Part shown: in pieces, positions 17,684 to 29,063 of the stretch
Position numbering within the stretch: the stretch's first letter is position 1
Layout: each line of letters opens with the position of its first letter
DNA from: Eledone cirrhosa
Taxonomy: Eukaryota
Reading direction: 5' to 3'
DNA: 64,000 nucleotides
Assembly (NCBI GenBank): GCA_964016885.1
Contig: OZ024741.1
Location: 369,830,001-369,894,000 of the forward strand
Made by a program: the position numbers and the translations under genes
The notes under the pieces: model-generated
What the model was told of the DNA's origin: nothing
The model's input: only the letters and a program-made list of their open reading frames with translations
Databases searched by the model: none

Positions 17684-20600
17684 ATGGCTGGTTTACGAGT
17701 TGGAACCGTGAATGTGCGTGGCCTAGGGATGCCCTGGAAACAGGGCCAACTTTTAAACGACCTTAGGTCACACAGTATGGATGTGATAGCCATTACCGAG
17801 TCCAGGATCCTTAACAGGCAGCAACTAACCCCCATCTTCGACGACTTTGAGATCTACGCATCTCTCTGTCAGCCAGGAGGTGGAGGTGGAGTGGCTGTTA
17901 TGTTTCGGAAGAACCTGGACGTCGGAGTACAGCAAGTACACTGGTACCCGGAGGGTAGACTGGTAGTCCTAGACGTGAACAGTATCGGAGGTAGAGCCTT
18001 CAGACTGGTGGCCGTTTATGCCCCGACCGGGCAATCGCAATCACGGCCAGACTTCTTTAAGCGTCTAGAGTCTTTTCTGGGAACGTCTCGCTCCTTACTC
18101 TTAGTGGGGGACTGGAATGGTATCCTAGATATACAATGGGACTATGTGGGAGCATGTCTCAGTAGAGCGGGGTGCAACAACCTCAAAACTTTAATCGGCC
18201 AATTCCAACTGGCCGATAGGTATCGACTGGATTTCCCGACTGCACCACAGTGGACATGGGTAAACCGCAGTGGGACATCTAGATCGTATTTAGATAGGTT
18301 CTTCATTAGAGAAAGGAACAAGGATATGTTAAACTGTCCACGAATGCACATGGTTGCCTATTCAGATCACAAGTTAGTCGTCTGCTTAGTCAACCGTGAT
18401 AGAATACATAGACAGGGTCCCGGATACTGGAAGCTGAACGTGTCGTTGCCGGCACGTAAAGCTTACAGTGAACGGATAAGTAAACTAGTCAAGCAACAGT
18501 TAACGGGAGCCATCGTCAACAATAGATGGTGGTACTCTCTCAAGAAAGCAATTAGAATAGAATCGATAGGGTATAGCAGAGAGTTAGCCTTAGAGAAAAA
18601 CAGAATAGAAAGAGAACTAGTAGCCAAGGTAGAGGAGGCACTTAGAAGTGGCAACGCGGCTAGAGTGTTAGCGTCGAGAACGGCACTGGACCAGTTCTTC
18701 GATGCGAAACACGAAGGCTGCGTGGTCAGAAGCAAAACACGTGCTCTGGGAAACGAAGGAGCGAAAGCTGTCAGCTGGGCCCGAGTGGCGGAGGAGTGGC
18801 GGAGGCAAAAAGTGGCAACAAGTCCACGATTCGGTCTTTGAAAGACCAAAACGGACGCGTGCTACTTGACCCCAAGCAAATGTGCGCGGCCTTTCAGCGG
18901 CAATTTGCGCGACTGTTTGAGCAGAACGACGGTGAGGTCCATACACGACAACCTCCACCTCATGCAATACATCATAGAGAGGGTGGGTAGTAAACCCGGC
19001 TTCGGTGGGGCTCTGATCAACTTGGATCAGTCTAAGGCATTCGATAGGGTCGACCATCGATACTTGGAAGCGGTTCTCAAGGCGGCCGGTTTCGGTCCCG
19101 TGTTCAGAGGATGGATCGAGGCGATGCACACCAGAATCTGCTCGAGGGTCAAGGTGAACGGCTACCTATCGGAGCCGTTCGCAATCAAGCGTTCCATTCG
19201 ACAGGGATGCCCTCTCTCCTCCATTCTGTATGTATTGACTCTAGAGCCACTACTGCGGAAATTGCAGCTGTTGCAGGGCATCCCCCTAGAACCGGGACTG
19301 CGCAAAGCGGCGTCGGCTTATGCCGACGACGTGACAGTAATGGTGTCGAGCACCTCGGAAATCGGGGTGATCGGCAACATACTGAAAGAATACGAAACAC
19401 TGACGGGAGCAAAACTAAACCCAGACAAGTCTGTCGGTTTGCAACTCGGTACGTGGAGAGGCAAACCGATGACATCCGACAGCGTCGTTGGACGCTGGAC
19501 GGACGGACCGGTGAAATTGCTCGGGGTCTGGTTCGGTCCAGACCTCCAGGTGGAGAAAAACTGGAACGAGGTCACGGCCAAGGTGTTTGCACTCACTCAG
19601 AAGTGGGCAGAGTGCAAACTGTCCTTGAAAGGTCGAGCGGAGGTGGCGAACACTTTCATAGCGTCCGTCATCTACTACCGCTTGACTGTCGTGTCTTGTC
19701 CCCGTGAACACCTCGCCAAGATGGAACGCATGCTCTTCCAGTTTCTGTGGAAGAAGCAGGCTCCGCTGGTGAGGAGATCCGTCTGCTGTCAGCACCCTTC
19801 CAACGGAGGGCTGGGAATGCCGTGGCTGATGATGCGCAAACATGCGCTGAAGCTGCGGCATCTCCAGGTATTCCTCAACGACCCCCAACCGGTGTGGGCA
19901 CCGTTTGTGAGACAGGCTTTCCCACAGCTCGTCTCGCTAACGGAGCTGCAATCCTGGGTGAAGAAAAGACCGAAAACGATGGGCGCCTGGCACATTGAAT
20001 GCGCTCAGGCACTCACAGTCCTCTGGCAAGCGGGCGCAGCAATCAGTGGAGACTCCACTTCGACATTCTATAGAGGGATTGTACGTTACAAGGGCGACGA
20101 CGTGCTCGGAGAGACTCTGGGCGTCGAAGACGATGAGCTCACCAGTATGTTTGGTAGGACTTTCCGCCCGGGACCTATGGACAACTTCCAGAGGTCCCTG
20201 GCCTGGCAGTGCTACCGAGGAGCTCTACCGGTTCGTGACAAGATCTACAGGCACGGACGCCCTGGCAGGGCTCCTTCCAAGAGGACGTGTCCAAGATGTG
20301 CGCGGGACATTGAAACAGTTCTGTACGCTATTGTACACTGCCCGGGCGTAAGCGACCTGTGGAACTATGCAGAACAACTGCTGTCGCGTATGGGACAAAT
20401 ACAGTTGACTGTCGAGTCCATAGTAAGGATCAAACCGCCAGACTCTTTCAAAAACGAAAGAGAGGCGGTCGTCCTCTGTACGGTGGCTATGGTGAAAGAA
20501 GTTATATGGTGGACGAGGTTGAGAGGACTGAGGACAGATGCCTTTCTCTCCGGACAACAATTGATTCCCTTCTTTAAGTATCACTTTAGACGGAGAATCA

Positions 20601-20720
20601 GGGTGGAGAGAGAGGCACTGCACCCCAGTAAATTTACTGAAAGGTGGGTGAATGAAGCGAAAATGGCCCGAGTGATTGGGCCTTCTCTGTTTATAAGCCT
20701 GTATGTTGAGGAAGAGAGCA
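17684..20720 (+). pseudogene. Tx1 ORF2 of copy B (APE endonuclease, RT, CCHC), disrupted
   Basis: APE motifs NVRGL, ITES, GDWN, LDRF, SDH; RT motifs RQGCPLS, YADD. An 11-bp tandem duplication (GAGTGGCGGAG, ~18783-18804) shifts the frame, and ~440 bp are deleted at ~18933 relative to copy A. Confidence 0.9.
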
Positions 20721-20938
20721 AAAGGAAGAAAGGAGCACTTGAACAACACGCTCCTCGATTTGAGGGTTGTTCTATCGACGAGGTATTAAACAACCCATTT
20801 GTGGCGCCACCCCCCCTATTGGGGATTTCGATTGTTGAAATTGTTTGTTTTTATATTTTTTACACGACTGTATGTAAAATCCCCGGCATGTCTTTGTATT
20901 GTCCCCTTTCTTGTTGCGCCCTTGTGGCTAATAAAGAA

Positions 20939-21010
<72 letters not shown>

Positions 21011-21011
<1 letters not shown>

Positions 21012-24000
21012 ACAATTTCCAAAACAATTTCCAAAACACCCGCACCGCAAACACAACCCGAAAATATACCCCTCCCCTCCAACGCGGAAGATGACCCTAG
21101 TTCGTCGTCAGACGAGGAGGAGCACTTCCACACAATCAAAAGAAAAAAAGAAAACACACCTCAGACACACAAATGAAAACAACCCCTCCCCAAAACATAA
21201 CACTGACACCAACACAAAAGAGCTCACAACAACAGCAAACAAAAAACACCACACAAAAACAAAAACATGCATACACATACATAAGCACAAGAAACAAAAA
21301 ACTGTTAAACATTGTGTACAACAACAATCTAATAAAAACACAAGGGCCTAACTTCACCCAGGCAGGGGATTTCCCCCACCTCAAAATGATTAAGGCCCCA
21401 CAGGACACCTATAAAACTTTAAAAAACAATTTTAAAGAGGACGTGGGTCCCCCCTGCGTCGGGCCCATTAACCGCGTCCTCCTAAAAAACTACCCCACCC
21501 CCTCCCCAAACACCCACACAACTCCAAGCTCCCCAACCACACAACACACTGATGCCCCTACACTTCCACAAACCACCACCCCACCCAACAACCCATCCCC
21601 TTCCCTAATGGAAATTGTGCAGCCCGATACCCGGGACGCAGAGAGGTAAGTGCCTTTTCTCTTCACCACCAACATGGCTATGCTAAGAGTAGGCTGTTTA
21701 AATGCGCGTGGCCTGGGCTCAACTTGGAAGCAAGCAATGCTTCTAAATGACCTCAGGTCACAACGTATAGATGTGATGGTTATTTGCGAGGCCCGGATCA
21801 GCAACGTGCGACAGCTGGTCCCCACCTTTGATGACTTTGAGATGCACGCATCTCTCTGTCAGCCCGGAGGTGGGGGTGGAGTTGTCGTTCTGCTGCAAAA
21901 ACATCTGGGTCTCGCAACACAGATGGTACATTTGGACCCGGAGGGTCGACTAGTGGTTCTGGACCTTGGCAGTGGTAAAGGCGGAGCGTTTAGGTTGGTA
22001 GCCGCCTACGGCCCTTTCGGGTCAATGCGGCCGGACTTCTTCCATCGTCTGGAGACTTTTCTAGGGACGTCCCGCTCCTTGCTATTAGTGGGGGACTGGA
22101 ATGGTATCCTAGATGCACGCTGGGACAACGTAGGGGCCTGCCCCGATAGAGAGGGGTGTAATAGCCTCAAAGGGTTAATCGGTCGATTTGACCTGGCCGA
22201 TAGATATCGACTAGATTTTCCGACTGCGCCAACCTGGACTTGGGCAAATCGTAGCAGATCATCTAGGTCGTACCTAAATAGGTTCTTAGTTAGAATTAAG
22301 GATAAGGACTTTTTAAGTTGTCCAAAAATGCGCATGGTTGGATATTCAGACCACAAATTAGTGACCTGCATGGTCAACCTTGACAGAACTCATAGACAGG
22401 GACCCGGTTACTGGAAGCTCAACTTGTCCTTACCGGCAAGTAAGGCTTACAGGAACCGGATTAGCACTTTAGTTAAGGAGCGGTTGACGGGCGCCATCGT
22501 CAACAGCAGGTGGTGGGGATCTCTCAAAAGAGAGATTAGAGTAGTCTCTATAGAATTTAGTAAGGAGTTAGCCTCAAATAGAAATAGGAAGGAAAGGGAG
22601 TTGGTAGATAGTGTAGAAGAGGCAATTAGAAGCGGCGACGTGGCCAGAGTGCTAGCGTCGAGAACGGCCCTGGGCCAGTTCTTCGACGCGAAACACGAAG
22701 GCTGCATCGTCCGAAGCAAAATACGTGCTCTGGGAAACGAGGGGACCAAAGCTGTTAGCTGGGCCCGCGTGACAGAAGCCAAAAGAGGGAGCAGATCCAC
22801 TATCCGGTCTTTGCGAGACCAGGATGGACGGGTGATTATTGAACCTAAGCAGATGTGCGAGGCTTTTCAAAAGCACTTTGCCGGATTGTTCGGAAGGGGC
22901 GGGGGGCCGGTTGGGGACGTGGACTTCGGTCCATACCTCGACGGCCTGCCGCGTCTCTCGGACAGGGAGGCGAAGTAATGCGAGGAGCCGATTTCAGCCG
23001 CTGAGATAGAGGACGTGCTGAGCCAATGCGGCAAACACAAATCCCCGGGTCTCGATGGTCTTCCATACGAACTATATCTAGCTATGCCGGACTTGTTCCC
23101 CGAACTCCTCGAGGCGGTCTACTGCAACTGGCAACAGAACGGGAGAATTCCCTGTGCTGTGACCAAGGGCGTAGTCACGCTAGTGAGGAAGGACGAGAAC
23201 AAGGGGGACGATATAAATAATTTCAGGCCCATAACTCTGCTAAATACAGAGTTACAGATTTTGGCCAAGGTGCTAGCAAAGAGGTTAGCGCTTGTCGTGG
23301 GAAACCTGGTGGGAGATGCGCAGACATGTGCTATCCCGTCCAGGTCCATCCACGACAACCTCCACCTCATGCGATACATCATAGAGAGGGTTGGGAACGA
23401 ACCCAGCTTTGGTGGGGGCCTGATCAACTTAGATCAATCTAAGGCATTCGATAGGGTCGACCATGGTTACCTGGATGCGGTGCTAGCGGCGGCAGGCTTC
23501 GGACCCGTTTTCAGGGGCTGGATCAATGCCATGCACAGCAGCCGCATCTGCTCTAGGGTCAAGGTGAACGGCTACCTCTCGGAGCCGTTCGAAATCGCGC
23601 GGTCCATCCGACAGGGGTGCCCTCTCTCCTCCCTTCTGTATGTAATGACTCTAGAGCCACTGCTGCGGAAGTTGGAGTTGTTGCAGGGCATCCCGTTGGA
23701 ACCGGGATTGCGGAAAGCGGTGTCAGCCTACGCCGATGACGTAACAGTAATGGTGTCGACGGCCTCGGAAATCAGGGCGATCGGCACCTTACTGGAGGAG
23801 TACGAAAGGTTTACAGGGGCTAAGCTGAACCGGGACAAGTCGATCGGTCTGCAACTCGGCACGTGGAGGGGAAGATCGATGCCCTCCGATGGCGTCGTCG
23901 GGCGCTGGACGGAAGGCCCGGTGAAGTTGCTCGGGGTCTGGTTCGGACCAGACCTCCAGGTGGAGAAGAACTGGGGTGAGGTGACGAACAGGGTGTTTGC

Positions 24001-25375
24001 ACTGACCCAGAAGTGGGCCGAGTGCAAACTGTCCCTGAAAGGACGGGCGGAGGTGGCGAACACTTATATAGCGTCCGTCATCTACTACCGCCTGACCGTT
24101 GTGCCTTGCCCAAGGGAAACGCTCGCCAAAATGGAGCGCGCACTCTTCCAATTCCTTTGGAAGAAGCGGGCTCCTATGGTGAGGAGATCCATCTGCTATC
24201 AACACCCTTCGAAAGGAGGGCTGGGGATGCCGTGGCTAATGATACGTAAACACGCATTAAGGCTACGGTACCTTCAGGTATTCCTCTCCGGTCAACCGGT
24301 GTGGGCCCCGTTTGTGAGGCGAGCCTTTCCCAGACTCGTCTCACTCACCGAGCTGCAATCCTGGGTCAAGCAAAGACCGAGAAAACTGGGCGCCTGGCAC
24401 ACCGAGTGTGCCCAGGCACTCACGGCTCTCTGGCAGGCGGACCCGGCTGTCAGTGGAGAATCCACCTCGTCATTCTATAGAGGGCTGGTGGTTAGCAGGT
24501 GCGACGACGCCCTCGGAGAAGCCCTAGGCATGGAGGAAGACGAACTGGCCAACCTGTTCGGTAGGACATTCAGCCCGGGACCCATGGATAACTTCCAGAG
24601 GTCCCTGGCCTGGCAATGCTACAGAAGGGCTCTGCCCGTTCGAGAAAGGCTCTACAGACACGGGATCCCGGGTAGGGACCCATCGAAAAAGATCTGTCCC
24701 AGATGCGTGTGCGACGAGGAAACCGTTGCACACGCATTGGTACACTGCTCGGGCATTGCCGATCTGTGGGGTTATGTCGAACAACAGCTGTCAAGGGCGG
24801 GACCAATCCGGTTGACCACCGAGTCTATTGTAACGATCAAGCCGCCTCCCCTCTTCAAAAACGAAGGAGAGGCGGTGTTTCTGTGCGTAATAGCCATGGC
24901 GAAAGAGGTTGTATGGTGGACGCGTCTGAAAGGACTGAGGTCAGACACCTTTCTCTCTGGCCAACAACTGGTCCGTTTCTTCCGATATCATTTCGGAAGA
25001 AGGATCAGGATGGAGAGAGAGGTGCTGCACCCCAGCCGTTTCTATGAAAGATGGGTGAAAGTGGCGAGAATGGCCCGTGTGAATGGGCCTTCACTCTACA
25101 TCAGACTATAGGTGAGGAAGATGAAAGACCAAGGGAGCACCCCTTCTCTGTGCTCCTGAGGAGAAGGGTTGCACACTTTTTTCGGGGGTGTGTGCGACCA
25201 CCCAAGGCGCGTCCTCTCTATTGAGGACTTTGTTATAAATTTTATTTTTTGTTATATTTTATTTTATTTTTATATATTGTTATTGCCTCCTCCTTATTGA
25301 GGACGCCTTGTTTTGTAAACTCACCCCATTGTACTTCTCCCACTTTTGATGCCCTGGTGGCAAATAAAAGAAACA
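21011..25375 (+). mobile_element. Tx1-clade LINE copy C (second subfamily, truncated within ORF1)
   Basis: Begins directly after (ATCT)n and contains the ORF1 tail, ORF2, 3' UTR and AATAAAAGAAAC, then (ATCT)n at 25377-25400. Confidence 0.92.
21673..25110 (+). pseudogene. Tx1 ORF2 of copy C, complete apart from one in-frame TAA at ~22977
   Basis: Track ORFs 21650-22978 and 23015-25111 are in the same frame. All APE, RT (YADD) and C-terminal CCHC motifs are present. Confidence 0.9.
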
Positions 25376-25400
25376 TATCTATCTATCTATCTATCTATCT

Positions 25401-26389
25401 AGTGGACGCCTGGCACACCGAGTGTGCCCAGGCACTCACGGCTCTCTGGCAGGCGGACCCGGCTGTCAGTGGAAAATCGTCATTCTATAGAGGGCTGGTG
25501 GTTAGCAGGTGCGACGACGCTCTCGGAGAAGCTCTAAGCATGGAGAAAGACGAACTGGCCAACCTGTTCGGTAGGACATTCAGCCCGGGACCCATGGATA
25601 ACTTCACAGGTCCCTGGCCTGGCAGTGCTACCGAGGGGCTCTGCCCGTTCGAGAAAGGCTCTACAGACACGGGCGCCCGGGTAGGGACTCCTCGAAAAAG
25701 ATCTGTCCCAGATGCGTGTGCGACGAGGAAACCGTGGCACACGCATTGGTACACTGCTCGGGCATTGCCGATCTGTGGGGCTATGTCGAACAACTGCTGT
25801 CAAGGGTGGGACCGATCCGGTTGACCACCGAGTCTATTGTAACGATCAAGCCGCCTCCCCTCTTCAAAAACGAAGGAGAGGCGGTGTTTCTGTGCGTAAT
25901 AGCCATGGCGAAAGAGGTTGTATGGTGGATGCGTCTGAAAGGACTGAGGTCAGACACCTTTCTCTCTGGCCAACAGCTGGTCCGTTTCTTCCGATATCAT
26001 TTCGGAAGAAGGATCATGGTGGAGAGAGAGGTGCTGCACCCCAGCCGTTTTTATGAAAGATGGGTGAAAGTGGTGAGAATGGCCCGTGTGAATGGGCCTT
26101 CACTCTACATCAGACTATAGGTGAGGAAGATGAAAGATCAAGGGAGCACCCCCTCTCTGTGCTCCTGAGGAGAAGGGTTGCACACTTTTTTCGGGTGTGT
26201 GTGCGACCCCCCAAGGCGCCTCCTCCCTATTGAGGATTTTGTTATTAAATTTATTTTTGTTATATTTTATATTTTATTTTTTATATATTGTTATTGCCTC
26301 CTCCTTAGTGAGGACGCCTTTTTATGTAAATTTCCCCCATTGTACTTGTCCCACTTTTTGATGCCCTGGTGGCAAATAAAAAGAAAGTT
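25401..26389 (+). mobile_element. Tx1 copy D (5'-truncated, C subfamily)
   Basis: Near-identical to ~24390-25375 and bounded by (ATCT)n on both sides. Confidence 0.92.
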
Positions 26390-26405
26390 ATCTATCTATC
26401 TATCT

Positions 26406-27098
26406 ATCTACAGGCACGGACGCCCCGGCATGGATCCTTCCAAGAGGACGTGTCCAAGATGCGCGCAGGACATTGAAACAGTCCTGCACGCAATTGTACA
26501 CTGCCCGGGCGCAACCGACCTGTGGAACTATGCAGAACAACTGCTGTCGCGTGTGGGACAAATCCAGTTGACTGCCGAGTCCATAGTAAGGATCAAACCG
26601 CCAGCTCTTTCAAAAACGAAAGAGAGGCGGTTTCCTCTGTACGGTGGCTATGGTGAAAGAAGTTATATGGTGGACGAGGTTGAGAGGACTGAGGACAGAT
26701 GCCTTTCTCTCCGGACAACAATTGATTCCCTTCTTTAAGTATCACTTTAGAAGGAGAATCAGGGTGGAGAGAGAGGCACTGCACCCCAGTAAATTTACTG
26801 AAAGGTGGGTGAATGAAGCGAAAATGGCCCGAGTGATTGGGCCTTCTCTGTTTATAAGCCAGTAGGTTGAGGAAGAGAGCAAAAGGAAGAAAGGAGAACT
26901 TGCACAACACGCTCCTGGAGTTGAGGGTTGTTCTATCGACGGGGTATTAAACAACCCATTTGTGGTGCTTCCCCCCTATTGGGGATTTCGATTGTTGTAA
27001 TTGTTTGTTTTTATATTTTTTACACGACTGTATGTAAAATCCCCGGCATGTCTTTGTATTGGCCCCTTTTCTTGTGCGCCCTTGTGGCTAATAAAGAA
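26406..27098 (+). mobile_element. Tx1 copy E (5'-truncated, B subfamily)
   Basis: Near-identical to ~20243-20938. The 5' junction shares ATCTA with the preceding (ATCT)n, and it ends in AATAAAGAA plus (ATCT)n. Confidence 0.92.
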
Positions 27099-27146
<48 letters not shown>

Positions 27147-27190
27147 CTCTATCTCTCTCTCTCTCTCTCTCTATGTATATATATATATAT

Positions 27191-27261
<71 letters not shown>

Positions 27262-27347
27262 GTCTGCGTAAGCATTGAGTGCTCATGTTGGTATCACCTC
27301 CGGTAACCCACAATGTACCGAAATTATTGAATAAACCAATATAATAC

Positions 27348-27438
<91 letters not shown>

Positions 27439-28009
27439 CACACATACACACTAAGTGAACGCATTTGTTTGACAGTCAAATGAACAACACAAAATGTGGT
27501 GATCCGAGAAATAGAGATAATAGGACAAACAGAAAATACACCAAAAGTAAAACAAAACAACTCTAAGAAAACAAACAAACAAAAGAGACAACAAAAAGTA
27601 GCGGTGACAGTTTTCTGCAGGAACCTGTCAAACAAAGTTCCAGTAATTCTAACTTAAGATGGTGTTAAAGATAAAACCCATTGTGTGTTTGTGTGTGGTG
27701 CAGTGTTGTGTGTGTGTGTGTGTGTGTGTGATACGGTGTTATGTACGTGTGTGTGTGTGTGTGTGGAGGAGAGAGAAGGAACACTTTAGAATGGTTACCA
27801 CCTCCCAATCATTATTAACTCGTTTGATACGAAACCTTCCGAAAACGCCTCTGGTTCAACGATTCTGATGCATATATTTCAAAGTGTGTATATTTATCTA
27901 AAAACCTTCCAACATAATTTCATGCAAAACACTTTTAAAAGAGTATGTTCTAAACGCCAGCAAAATGTTCATAAATTTAGGGATATTAGTATATATATAT
28001 ATATATATA

Positions 28010-28538
28010 TATTTGTTTTGCGAGGTTTTTTATATGAAATCGTGTGTCGAAACAGATATTGTTATACTTGGGGAAGGTCATATTGTTGTAATAATATTGC
28101 CAGAAATAATAACAGAACACACACTAGTAAACTAAGATAGAATACAATAACCAAAACACAGTCACCCAAACGCGAACACACACCAAACACTATACACACC
28201 CAAACGTATGCGCAGGGAAGAAGACAAAAATAAATAAATAAATAAACAGATAAAATAAAAGTGGCGTAGACATACAATACAACAGGAGGAACATAATAGT
28301 ACCACTGATGATGTTGCAGATGTGCAACGAAAGAACTTTGTTAGACTATATATATATGTTTATATCTATATTATATCTGTATTTTTGACCGTTGGTCAGT
28401 CAATGATAATCATTGAGGACCAAATGAATTAACTGTGGAGATGTAAAAGATACAGAAGCGAAAACCATCCAAACAGTGAGTGTGTTCTGTTATTATTTCT
28501 GGTAATATTATTACAACAATATGACCCTCCCCAAGTAT

Positions 28539-28546
<8 letters not shown>
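28010..28546 (+). mobile_element. Short Penelope-like remnant with inverted ends and a hammerhead motif
   Basis: ~28056-28125 is the reverse complement of ~28478-28546. The hammerhead at 28301-28342 reads CTGATGA-T-GTTGCA/TGCAAC-GAAA-GAAC-TT. Its terminus is related to that of the adjacent large element. Confidence 0.7.
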
Positions 28547-28576
<30 letters not shown>

Positions 28577-29063
28577 ATACTTTGGGAGGGTCATGTTGCC
28601 AATAAGAAACACACGCACCAGTTGCTTTCACTTCAATTTATTATATATTTATAAATTTATAAATTTACAAACTTATAAATATCTGGTTGGTTGGTTGGTT
28701 CCACAACCAGATAGTTGTTTATAGTCATAGTCCTTTCGTCACACACTCTGTGACCTCTTCAGTGACTGGGGATTCCTTTCTTTGTTTCTGTGCCTTTCCT
28801 TTCTTCTATCCTACGCCATTTTGTTTCTGTGTGTGTGTTGTGTGCTCAGTTTGCGCATGCGCCACATCCGGGTGTCTGTGTGTGTTTGTGTTCATTTATC
28901 TATTTGTTTATTTATTTATTTATTTATTTATTGTTGGTTGGTTGTTTGCACAGAAGCACAATTTAGTATAGCTAAATCCGAACTTAGAAATATTATAGAA
29001 CAGTATAGCAAGAAGCATAATAGAATAGAGGCCCAGTAACTGGGAGAAGAATCTGCAAATGGC

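Larger units (their letters stand above)
15541..20938 (+). mobile_element. Tx1-clade LINE copy B (near full length: 5' UTR, ORF1, ORF2, 3' UTR)
   Basis: Starts after (CTAT)n and ends in AATAAAGAA followed by (ATCT)n at 20939-21010. Confidence 0.92.

Noticed and set aside
18142-24806. Antisense and alternate-frame ORFs over Tx1 ORF2
   Set aside because: These are shadow ORFs of GC-richer coding sequence, and their recurrence reflects homology between copies.
13002-27150. CRISPR-like reading of repeats separated by unique sequence, or a tandem segmental duplication
   Set aside because: The separators are variable-length microsatellites, the units are LINE copies with different truncations and subfamilies, and there are no cas genes.
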